Shown here piece after piece: positions 10,034-18,853 of a DNA stretch of 64,000 nt. Position 1 is the first letter of the stretch. The number at the start of each line of letters is the position of its first letter. This stretch comes from an uncultured Planctomycetaceae bacterium (GTDB taxonomy: Bacteria; Planctomycetota; Phycisphaerae; SM23-33). The DNA lies in contig CAYNZP010000009.1 in the NCBI GenBank assembly GCA_964401835.1, positions 18,020-82,019 on the forward strand. Direction: 5' to 3'. The notes beneath the pieces are model-generated. The model was not told the DNA's origin, made no database searches, and worked only from the letters and a program-made list of their open reading frames with translations. The translations under genes and the position numbers were made by a program.

Positions 10034-10356
10034 GATTTTAGGGGCATTTCATATTTAGAATTCAGCCAAGTTACTTAGAAAAACGAACAATATTTTATAG
10101 AAAGTGCCTTTTCTTAATTTAAAATCCGGCATAGAATTAAATTTGAAAATTAGATATTAGTCTAGCTAGCATTTGTCGTTTCGGAAAACTGCGATATTTT
10201 CTTGGGGACATGGCGATGCATAGGTGGACTCCCGCAATGGGAGTTCGCTGATGAATCCTGTCCCCAGGCTGTCGCAGGCCTTCCGGAAGGGTAGTAATTG
10301 GCGGCTCCCCTTCTTCATAAGGGGGCCATTCCTAAACAAACGCAGAAAGGGGTAAG

Positions 10357-10965
10357 GTGATGAAAACAACAATCTTCAGCTTTTGCATATGTTTTGTAAT
10401 TCAACAGGTGTGTGCTGCGCCAACGTATTTGTCTTCAACCGGCCATTCCTACGAGCCTATTGCCATACTTCACCCCTTTGGTGAAGGTTATACATGGTAT
10501 GAAGTTCGAGATTTGGCCGCAACTAGCACCTATCTAGGTGTTCAAGGACATCTGGCCACTATAACATCCGCTGAAGAAAATCAATTTGTGGCAAATCTTT
10601 GCGATGCTCTTGGGCATGACACGTTCTATTGGCTCGGAGGCTATCAGCCAGAAGGCACGCCTGAGCCAAACGACGGGTGGCAGTGGGTGACAGGAGAATC
10701 TTGGACCTATGCCAATTGGAAAGCTGGCGAGCCAAACGATGCAGGAACCTTTGGTGTTGAAGACCACGTAGGAATAGTAGGCTCAAGCGACCAGGGACTC
10801 CTTGGGCAATGGAATGACATGTATGCAGGAGTTAATCCCGACCGGAATTGGAGCAGCTATGTTATTGAATACCCCGTTCCAGAACCAGCAACGTTTTCAT
10901 TATTCGCATTAGGTGGAATTGGATTGATATGGCAGAAAAAGGCCAGATTGAAGGCCCAATTATAA
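10357..10965 (+). CDS. Secreted C-type-lectin-domain protein with PEP-CTERM anchor
   Basis: Signal peptide. CTLD-like motifs (GHLATITSAEENQFV, WLGG, WQWVTGESWTYANWKAGEPND, WNDMY). C-terminal VPEPATFSLFALGGIGLIWQKK. Confidence 0.65.
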   Translation: MMKTTIFSFCICFVIQQVCAAPTYLSSTGHSYEPIAILHPFGEGYTWYEVRDLAATSTYLGVQGHLATITSAEENQFVANLCDALGHDTFYWLGGYQPEGTPEPNDGWQWVTGESWTYANWKAGEPNDAGTFGVEDHVGIVGSSDQGLLGQWNDMYAGVNPDRNWSSYVIEYPVPEPATFSLFALGGIGLIWQKKARLKAQL

Positions 10966-11124
10966 ATTAGACGAAGAGTGCCATGAGCTTGAAATCATCT
11001 CCGGCCTTTGAGTAGCCGGATAATTATTGACAAAAATCCAAGAATGCTTGAAGATATAAAGCAATCTTCGACCAATTTTTCCCCTTTCTAATTGGGTGAT
11101 GATTTGTCATTCAGAAATGAACTC

Positions 11125-12030
11125 TTAATTTTTAGGATTAGCTTTTAAATGCTCATTCAAAAATTCTTGAGTAAGTTCAATAGCAAATTTTTTAATGTGT
11201 TCTTTTGCGTTGTACTTACCAACTGAACTGCCCAAATAACCCTGTTCATATACTTCGGCTTCAGCTGCAAAGTCCGAAGACCACTCCAGGATAAAACTTG
11301 ACCTTGTTATCTCAAAGTTTATGTCGTACAAATAAAATTCATCAGTTCCTTTTATAAGATTCAAATTTAATTCACACTCAGGCAAACCATAGTTTCCCTT
11401 TAAGTTTTTTCTAGGATTAATTACTTTTACGCCAGCTTTTCTAAATTCAAATTCAACAGTTCGTTCTAATTCCTCTCTAGATAATGGGCATTCTTTATCA
11501 ATTCCTCTAATTAATAATGAATAACCTTCAATGCCTTTTAAATATGAATTAATGCCTTTTTTAAAATCTTCATTCAGTTCATCTTGATTAATTCTATTTA
11601 ATATCCATCCAGTTAATTGCGAATATGTAGGGCCATTGAGCTCGAATTTTTCTTTTTCATTTTTCAGTCTTTCTATTTCTGCATTTTTCTGAATTACTAA
11701 TTCATTCAGTCTTTCTTCTTCTGGTAATTCATTAATATCTTCAGGATCTGATTCAGAGATTTGATTTAAATCCAGAAGTTTAGATTTTAGGTGGTTATTC
11801 TTTGTGTATAAAGCTGTACAAAGTATCACACCAATAAAAGCGGCAATTGCCATAAAAGAGATTAGCCGGCCATTCTGCCACCAAGCTAAAGATTTTGTGT
11901 TTGGTATTAATTGCCAAACATGCCCGCAAGCTCCACACTTTGCTTTCTTCCCCATGGCATCATCACTTAGTCTTACTGGATTATTACAGTTTGGACATTG
12001 CGTATCCATCTTTTGCCCCTTTTCCTTCAA
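11125..12030 (-). CDS. Zinc-ribbon (MJ0042-type) / TM / coiled-coil protein with unknown C-terminal domain
   Basis: CPNCNN...CGACGH zinc ribbon, one TM (ISFMAIAAFIGVILCTALY), acidic coiled coil, ~170-aa C-terminal domain. Confidence 0.5.
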   Translation of the reverse strand: MKEKGQKMDTQCPNCNNPVRLSDDAMGKKAKCGACGHVWQLIPNTKSLAWWQNGRLISFMAIAAFIGVILCTALYTKNNHLKSKLLDLNQISESDPEDINELPEEERLNELVIQKNAEIERLKNEKEKFELNGPTYSQLTGWILNRINQDELNEDFKKGINSYLKGIEGYSLLIRGIDKECPLSREELERTVEFEFRKAGVKVINPRKNLKGNYGLPECELNLNLIKGTDEFYLYDINFEITRSSFILEWSSDFAAEAEVYEQGYLGSSVGKYNAKEHIKKFAIELTQEFLNEHLKANPKN

Positions 12031-12176
12031 ATGACGTGACTGATAATCTTAAAATCTTAATCAAATAAAGCTTACAGTCAATAATTCAGTTTATAAATCT
12101 GCCCAATAACTTGATAACTTTAGCTGTTTACTTGATAATCAGGCAGATAATTAGCCAATCTCCTAAGGGGAAAACG

Positions 12177-12917
12177 ATGAGAAAATTAAGTTACCTGGGG
12201 CTTTTTCTAACTTTTCTAATCATTCCGTCCGTCATTTGGGCCATAGATGCTGAAAATAAGGCTATCCCAAAATTTGAAAAGTTAGATTTATCCGATTCAA
12301 CAGCTTATTCGATTACAAGAGTTGTTGACGGCGACACTATCATCGCCAACATTGACGGAAAAGACACAACCATCAGGCTTATAGGGGTTGATACGCCTGA
12401 AACCGTCCATCCAAGCAAGTCTGTTCAATATTACGGCAAAGAAGCATCTAACTTCACAAAGAATTTGCTACAAGGTGAAAAGGTCTATCTTGTCACTGAC
12501 CCCCAGCAAGGCAAGACTGACCGATATGGCCGAACACTTGCTTATGTCTATCGAGCACCTGGTGGTCTATTTGTAAATGCCGAGATTATTCGGCAAGGCT
12601 ATGGGCATGCGTATGGGCGGTATCCATTTAAGTATCTTGAAGAATTCAGGCGGTTGGAAAAGTTTTCAAGAGATGCTGAAAAGGGATTATGGGAAGTCCG
12701 GCAGATTACCAAATTTTCTTCAAAATCTCCCTTAATGCCAACAGTTGTTAAACCCAAATCAGACACAGACAATGTTACCGTCTATATAACACGAACAGGC
12801 AAGAAATATCACAGGGGGAGTTGCAGTTATCTTCGGAGAAGCAAAATTCCTAAAAATCTTAGTGACGCCAGAGCGGCTGGCTATGGGCCATGTAGTCGAT
12901 GTGGCCCTCCTAGATAA
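12177..12917 (+). CDS. Secreted thermonuclease (staphylococcal nuclease / SNase fold) with Cys-rich C-terminal tail
   Basis: Signal peptide. SNase motifs (VVDGDTI, IRLIGVDTPE, DRYGRTLAYVY). C-terminal CSYL...CSRCGPP. Start chosen at the RBS-supported ATG. Confidence 0.75.
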   Translation: MRKLSYLGLFLTFLIIPSVIWAIDAENKAIPKFEKLDLSDSTAYSITRVVDGDTIIANIDGKDTTIRLIGVDTPETVHPSKSVQYYGKEASNFTKNLLQGEKVYLVTDPQQGKTDRYGRTLAYVYRAPGGLFVNAEIIRQGYGHAYGRYPFKYLEEFRRLEKFSRDAEKGLWEVRQITKFSSKSPLMPTVVKPKSDTDNVTVYITRTGKKYHRGSCSYLRRSKIPKNLSDARAAGYGPCSRCGPPR

Positions 12918-12933
12918 TTAAAAGGGGAAGCAC

Positions 12934-13395
12934 ATGGCAAAGATAAAATATCAGAAATTAATCTTGGTGATGTTGATTGGGATGGGTCTTTCTAGTATCG
13001 CTTTTTCTCGACAACCCCGCAAAAGGCAAAAACCATGGTGGGAATCAATCCCATCAAGCCAAGTCAAGAAAATGGGGCTACATAAGCTTTCAACGAGAGA
13101 AAAAAATGAACTCTTGAATTTTTTTATGAGTGTCCTAAATGGCTCGGGGGATGTTGCGGCAAGAAAGTACCTTGAGCGTAAAGGCTGGGAAAAGATGACA
13201 GTAGCAAAAAAAGCCTCTTCGGGAAAATTGATTCTCATCGACGATATTGGAAGGCAGTATCTTGCGGAATCATACGTTGGTTTTTATGGAATCTTTAAAG
13301 GCGATTGTGTGTGGCTAGAAAGTACCTTTGGTTATACTGACATGATTACCCCAGACGGCGACACGGAAAACGCAAAAATTGAGACGTTGAATTGA
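12934..13395 (+). CDS. Hypothetical secreted protein
   Basis: Signal-peptide-like N-terminus. Co-directional with the nuclease, 16-bp spacing. Confidence 0.4.
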   Translation: MAKIKYQKLILVMLIGMGLSSIAFSRQPRKRQKPWWESIPSSQVKKMGLHKLSTREKNELLNFFMSVLNGSGDVAARKYLERKGWEKMTVAKKASSGKLILIDDIGRQYLAESYVGFYGIFKGDCVWLESTFGYTDMITPDGDTENAKIETLN

Positions 13396-13604
13396 AAACT
13401 ATACAAGGTTTTCTTTACTATAAACTGACCATTCTTAAATTTTCATCCAGTCACAAAGAGGGCTGGAATTGTTAAGAAATCGCAAAAGATGCTTGAAGAT
13501 ATAACGCTACTTTTGGTCGATTCTAAAAGCCTCTATGGTTTATACCTATCTTGGAGGTTTTACTTTTGTGATTCAACAAACAATAACCGCAATCATAATT
13601 TGAA

Positions 13605-14111
13605 TTATTGCCATCTAACCTCGGGACTTGTGATTCTCCAGTCATCTGGACGGATTGGTTCTATCAAACCGGGCCCGTGAACAACTTCATCTTGTATTAC
13701 AATTATCTGGTCAGTCCAATCTGCTTTTCGATAGGCTAGCTTGATTTGAAATGGCAAATTTGGAAGTGCTGCTTCTGTAGCATTTTCTTCAGACTCATTT
13801 TTCTTTAACCAGCGTTCAGCTTCAATAAAAACCTTTGCCTTAAATTTGCCTGGGGGTAAAGAACGCGGCAACTCTTCAATATTATCTTCAAATTTAAAAT
13901 AACCTCGCTCAGGTTTCCTAATGTTTGGCTGAGAATAATAGAATTCATTTCCTGCTTTTATCTGATAGTCCAATCTCGCATTTGAATGAGACACGTTTAA
14001 TTCGAGTTCAATTTCGATTTGCAGCAGCTTGCTTCCAAGCTTATTAAAAGAACCAAATTTTTTAGAAATGACCATATAGCTACATATTCCGTCTCTATTG
14101 TTTGTTTCCAT
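13605..14111 (-). CDS. Hypothetical protein (island)
   Basis: ORF only. Confidence 0.35.
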   Translation of the reverse strand: METNNRDGICSYMVISKKFGSFNKLGSKLLQIEIELELNVSHSNARLDYQIKAGNEFYYSQPNIRKPERGYFKFEDNIEELPRSLPPGKFKAKVFIEAERWLKKNESEENATEAALPNLPFQIKLAYRKADWTDQIIVIQDEVVHGPGLIEPIRPDDWRITSPEVRWQ

Positions 14112-14388
14112 AATCTGCCCCTTTCTTCCCTAAAAATGAAACAACACCTTTTTATTTTACCCTTAAAACAAAATTTTCAAAATTTAGGGGCATTGGCAAG
14201 CGCCCCAATTTGTATAATAGTGTATCTAGTTAAGGGCCAGTAAGTCAGTGAAACCCAAGAAAACCCTGCCCGGCTAGATTAAGGTATGCCAAGGCGTGGT
14301 AAGGTATGGTACGGTTTGGTATGGTTTGGTATGGAAAGCACGGCATGAAGCTTTAATAGATTCATGCCGTGCCTAATTACTGGTTTCT

Positions 14389-14917
14389 TTATGTTTCTAT
14401 TAAAATGTTGGAAATTTCTTCTGCCAGCATCTCCGCAATCTCCGCTACGGAACCTTCAAAGACTTCGCCATCGGCAGATTTACGAAACATAAACCGGCGA
14501 TTATTAGCCCCTTCATCAACCAGCGATACTTCTTCTACATCAATGTCGAAAATTTTCTTTTTTCGTTTAGCCATTAGCCACCTTCGCATTCCCAGCCATT
14601 GAAAATGAGTTTATTTTGCCTTTTTTAATCTTGGCCCAAAGGTCATCGTCCAAAACTTTGACTGTCATGTACCAAGCCCCGGCTGGAATGTAATCCCTGC
14701 CCTTGTAGGTATCCCGTTCAGCTTGAAAGGATTCAACAACCACTGCATCGGCACTTCCCGCATGTTGTTCGCCGAGATTGAAACCATTCTTGGCAAAACT
14801 TTCCATGGCTTTGAAAATTTCTTCCCTATCCGTCCAGTCTCCATCGGCATCGACAGTATTTGGTTCGTAGACGATTCCGCCGACCAATCTCTTATCTTGC
14901 GATTTTATAAAATCCAT
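14389..14917 (-). pseudogene. XkdF-like phage protein (DUF2213-like) split by a frameshift into 14567-14917 and 14389-14589
   Basis: N-part GIVYEPNTVDADGDWTDREEI and C-part VSLVDEGANNRRFM are both XkdF-family hallmarks. 23-nt overlap in different frames at an A/T homopolymer (KRKKK). Confidence 0.5.
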
Positions 14918-15003
14918 AGAACATCATCTCTAAGTCGGGCAACAACCGGCCAGCCATGTTTAGCTAGCGCTGGCCGGAGTTCCCATTATTTGAAGAATTT
15001 ATT

Positions 15004-15507
15004 TTAATAAGCTGAACGTGCGCCAGCCCAAGGAGCTTCCTGCAAGTCATGGCCTATAAATACTGCGCTGACCTTGCTTCCTACGCCGCTCGAATCATAC
15101 TGAACATTCACATAGCGGCTCACATTTTTGCAATTAACAACGTACATGCCGTCTTCTGTGATAGAACTAATCGTATTGCTGGAAACGGTGAGGTCAGAAA
15201 CTGAAGCGCCAAGTAAGCCTTGTGCGTACAAGTTTGAAGTATCGCTTGTCAGCACAATTTGAGCCGTGCCATCACTTGAAACGGCTGCTAAAGCTGTGCC
15301 AGACGTTGCAAAATCTGAAATCAAACTCGTCCAGACTTCGACATTGCGAACATCACTGCCAGCGGCATTGTCAACAACCAGAACAAGGGTTCCGTTCTGA
15401 GCGCTGCCAGCATCTATTTCACCAACCAGCAAGTCAGAACCAGCTGCGCCGGTTGCTGAATTGTTTTTCAAAAGTGCGAATCTACTTTCGGGAATAATAC
15501 CTTTCAC
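15004..15507 (-). CDS. Hypothetical phage structural protein (Ser/Thr/Ala-rich, possible decoration or Ig-like)
   Basis: Directly downstream of the capsid gene. Low-complexity beta-rich composition. Confidence 0.3.
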   Translation of the reverse strand: MKGIIPESRFALLKNNSATGAAGSDLLVGEIDAGSAQNGTLVLVVDNAAGSDVRNVEVWTSLISDFATSGTALAAVSSDGTAQIVLTSDTSNLYAQGLLGASVSDLTVSSNTISSITEDGMYVVNCKNVSRYVNVQYDSSGVGSKVSAVFIGHDLQEAPWAGARSAY

Positions 15508-15523
15508 TTTAAATCAACCTCCT

Positions 15524-16615
15524 TTAGCTTGTGCTAATTCCCTTAATGACAACGAACGATTCGGGATGTCTGAGCAAAATGCCGACGTGCTTAATCACCC
15601 TCAAATGAACTTGGTCACGATAAAACGCATCGTAACTGTGCATCGATGTTTCGATTCTCAGGCCACGATTTTCGCCGATAATGAAATCCCTCCAATTGCC
15701 ACAGACTATATAGGTTTCGTCTGCATCTGGCATGTTGGTAACAGCCATTTCATTTGTAATACCCAACGGCCTGCCGTAAAGCGTCCTTAAATCAATGGTC
15801 GAATACCTATTATCATTCTGGCTTCCAAGGATGTAATTGCCTTCAGCATCCTTCAGCTTTTCAAGCTGGTACTCGATAACAGGTGGTGCAATAAATCCGG
15901 TAAGCTTTGAGCTTGAAGTACGAAGTTGATAATTGGCTTCAAGAATATCATCAAAACCAATCCCTGAACCATTTAAGTCTGTGCTTTGAACTCTTGGGTT
16001 GTAGTAGATACCCAAAGGCTCAGTGCCTCCTGTGCCCTCCAAGAATACCCTGTCTTCCTCCAGTGCGATTTGGGCTGCCAGTTCTGCACGAATTACATCT
16101 TCCGCAGCATCGGCATTGTCCAAAAGTTCTCGACTCATCTTGTAGATGCAGGTCGCTTTGCTGACCTCTAAAACCTTTTTGCCGAAATCCATAGAGGTGT
16201 CTTCTGAAATGGTTGCATTTTCGCTACCCCAGGTGATTTGGGGGCCGTTTTCTACAGCAGCATATGAAAGTTTGGGGCCTTTCATGTTCACGGTGCGAAT
16301 ACCGGGCATTTTACGAATTACTGATTCGTCTTTTAAAAGCTCAATAACACCGCCGGCCAGTTGTTCAGGCACAAGAAACCCACCCTGTGCGCCACCATCT
16401 TGGCCAAAAGTTTTATAAATTCGCTTTTCGTTATCTGCTCCTTGCCAATCATTGAAAATTGCACCTTTTAGATATTTGGCGATGCTAACATTCGATTCTC
16501 CAACCTCGATATCGCCGAAACTTTTCCTTACCCCTCTTTCAGATTTGACTGAATTTTGAAGCCCCTTGGCAAACGCCTCGATAAATTCAGCCTTCTCTTT
16601 TTTCGTCATTTTCAA
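15524..16615 (-). CDS. Phage major capsid protein, HK97 family
   Basis: 363 aa. Pattern typical of TIGR01554 (GGFLVPEQ..., ...ELLDNADAAEDVIRAELAAQIALEEDRVFLEGTGG). Confidence 0.7.
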   Translation of the reverse strand: MKMTKKEKAEFIEAFAKGLQNSVKSERGVRKSFGDIEVGESNVSIAKYLKGAIFNDWQGADNEKRIYKTFGQDGGAQGGFLVPEQLAGGVIELLKDESVIRKMPGIRTVNMKGPKLSYAAVENGPQITWGSENATISEDTSMDFGKKVLEVSKATCIYKMSRELLDNADAAEDVIRAELAAQIALEEDRVFLEGTGGTEPLGIYYNPRVQSTDLNGSGIGFDDILEANYQLRTSSSKLTGFIAPPVIEYQLEKLKDAEGNYILGSQNDNRYSTIDLRTLYGRPLGITNEMAVTNMPDADETYIVCGNWRDFIIGENRGLRIETSMHSYDAFYRDQVHLRVIKHVGILLRHPESFVVIKGISTS

Positions 16616-16834
16616 ACTACATCAAAACTCCTTAAAATTATTGAAATATGGACATACCAATATTGGTTGAAATAAAACTACTGTTCACCGGCAGCTTTTA
16701 CGCTCCGTTATTAGAAATGGGCTCCTGTTACTTCTAGGCAGCCTTGAGAAATGCTTCCATCAGATGATTGGCAAGCGTGAGAGTTCCGCGAATGGGCAAC
16801 CCTCTACATATATATTATACTAAAGGCAGGAAAA

Positions 16835-17125
16835 CTAGCCCGCTCTTTTAAATTGAATGCCATTATCGCCCGGATATGGCTTTCTGTGGTCATGCTCCCC
16901 TGCAACAATTTCCAAGGGAATACCCTTCGGGAAGGCCTTGCAGATATTGCCCTCTATGAGGTGTTTACAATAATGACATTGCGGGAACCCGCCCATGACT
17001 TCTTCGATGAATTTTAGCTCTAATTCATTCCACGCTTTTATTTGTTCACTTGTTTGGCCATTTTCAGGAAAATCCTTTTGGGCTTCGTCTAGTGCTCTTG
17101 TTCTTTTCGACATAAGACTCTCCAC
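16835..17125 (-). CDS. Hypothetical protein (Cys/His-containing)
   Basis: ORF only. CHYCKH...C motif. Confidence 0.3.
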   Translation of the reverse strand: MESLMSKRTRALDEAQKDFPENGQTSEQIKAWNELELKFIEEVMGGFPQCHYCKHLIEGNICKAFPKGIPLEIVAGEHDHRKPYPGDNGIQFKRAG

Positions 17126-17244
17126 GAACTGGTTTTAAGCCATTTTTTCATTTCCAATACACCTTCAGGCATTTCCTTCATAATAATTGATTACAAGTAA
17201 TCCTCATTAATCCTAGCCATGTTGCAAAATGCTTCTTTGACAAG

Positions 17245-17850
17245 TTATTCATCATATAATCCTGATACACCATCCTTCATATCTTCAAAGGGAACATCGG
17301 CGTACATATTGGCCGTTGTAGCAGGCGAAGCATGGCCCAATTGCTTTTGAACTTGCCTAAGGTTTTTGGTTTTTCGTAATAGATGAACTGCCATAGTATG
17401 TCGAGCACAATGAATTGATAGGTCTTTTGGCAATCCTGCTCGTTTGATTTCAGCTTTCCATATTTGCTGAAGCCCCTGGGCGGTTAAAGGCCCGCGTTTC
17501 CCTATGAATAACGAACCTTTTTTATCAATAGATTCCCCTACGGTATCTTTCCATGCAATGAATTCTTTCAAATGCTCCAGAAGCTCAGGAGATATGGCAA
17601 GGGTTTCAGCTAATGGTTTTTTACGCTTTAATCTTCTTACCTTCAAAGCTCCTCGTTTCAAATCGACATCGCCAATCCTAAGATTTGCCATTTCTGAAAC
17701 ACGCAAACCAGTAGACAAAGCCAAATCCACAACCATCCAGCTCAATACGCCGGTTTTACGCCCCTGAGCTATATCTTTTAATGCTCTATGTTCGCTGAAC
17801 GTTCTTAACTGTCTGGCCTCCTCGATGCTCATGTATCGCTGCCTATCCAT
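17245..17850 (-). CDS. Tyrosine recombinase, catalytic-domain-only (201 aa)
   Basis: R...HCARHTMAVHLL...LGHASPATTANMY catalytic residues. Lacks an N-terminal core-binding domain. Confidence 0.75.
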   Translation of the reverse strand: MDRQRYMSIEEARQLRTFSEHRALKDIAQGRKTGVLSWMVVDLALSTGLRVSEMANLRIGDVDLKRGALKVRRLKRKKPLAETLAISPELLEHLKEFIAWKDTVGESIDKKGSLFIGKRGPLTAQGLQQIWKAEIKRAGLPKDLSIHCARHTMAVHLLRKTKNLRQVQKQLGHASPATTANMYADVPFEDMKDGVSGLYDE

Positions 17851-17961
17851 TTCTACACCCTCTATTCAATAGTTTATAGCAATCTTTCAATATATTATAA
17901 GCTATTTCTGGGGGTATAAAAGCGTGATTTTCAATATATTTATCTAATTTTATATTGAATA

Positions 17962-18696
17962 TCAATCCTCGAAATCCGTATGCCTAGTCCAGCCGGGGTC
18001 GGGGCCATCGCCGATACATTTAAAAGCTGAGCCTAAACGCTCAGACGGCAATTGCTTCGGCTGGATATCTGAAACAATAGGTAAATCCTCTGTTTCTTGG
18101 ATAGGCGTATGAATATCTGATTGCTCATTAGATTTGCTTTGCTCAATAGGCTCTTGGCTCTGCTTGTTATCTTCGCATGGCAAAGTAAAGCCGGGCTTGG
18201 TTACTATGGTAATGTTTCCCTCACCATCCAAGCCCTCAAACTTTTTTAAGTTCATTAGCAGTTGAGCCGCGCTGACGGGGGATTTTTTCAGCAAGTCCAA
18301 ACAAAATTTTTCGACCCCATGCCTCTTTAGGGCTCGATGAAAAGCAGAAAGAAGGCCTAAATCTTCGTCATCCCCCTCCCCTGAATCCACACATGTGTTC
18401 TCAGTGTTCTTTTTATGTCCTCTACCCGGCCCGCCTGGGAAGCCCTTGAGGAAGTGGCCTTTGGAGTCTTTATATTGGGAATAATCAATGTTATCAATAT
18501 TATCCGGAGGTTCAGGATTTACTTTAGTGTCTGAAATGAGTGGAAGATTATTATCAGTTTCCACATGCCCATCTAAATTTGATAAGTCAGATTGGTTTTG
18601 TACCTCTATTATATCAACATCATTTGAGCTATTTTTTTCACTATTAAGATATTCTATTTTTCTTTTGAGCCTTTGTTTCAAATTTCCATCAATCAC
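17962..18696 (-). CDS. Hypothetical acidic protein
   Basis: ORF only. Highly acidic, low complexity. Confidence 0.3.
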   Translation of the reverse strand: MIDGNLKQRLKRKIEYLNSEKNSSNDVDIIEVQNQSDLSNLDGHVETDNNLPLISDTKVNPEPPDNIDNIDYSQYKDSKGHFLKGFPGGPGRGHKKNTENTCVDSGEGDDEDLGLLSAFHRALKRHGVEKFCLDLLKKSPVSAAQLLMNLKKFEGLDGEGNITIVTKPGFTLPCEDNKQSQEPIEQSKSNEQSDIHTPIQETEDLPIVSDIQPKQLPSERLGSAFKCIGDGPDPGWTRHTDFED

Positions 18697-18853
18697 ATGA
18701 CATCAACTCCAAATATTTGAACAAATATTTACCGAATATTTACTTTACATCTTTGGGTTACTAGTTATTAGTTTTGACCAGTTTTTCCATATAACATTAC
18801 ATGAGGCATCTCTAAGAGCGTTAATGTGAAAACTACCCTTTAACTGGTAACCG

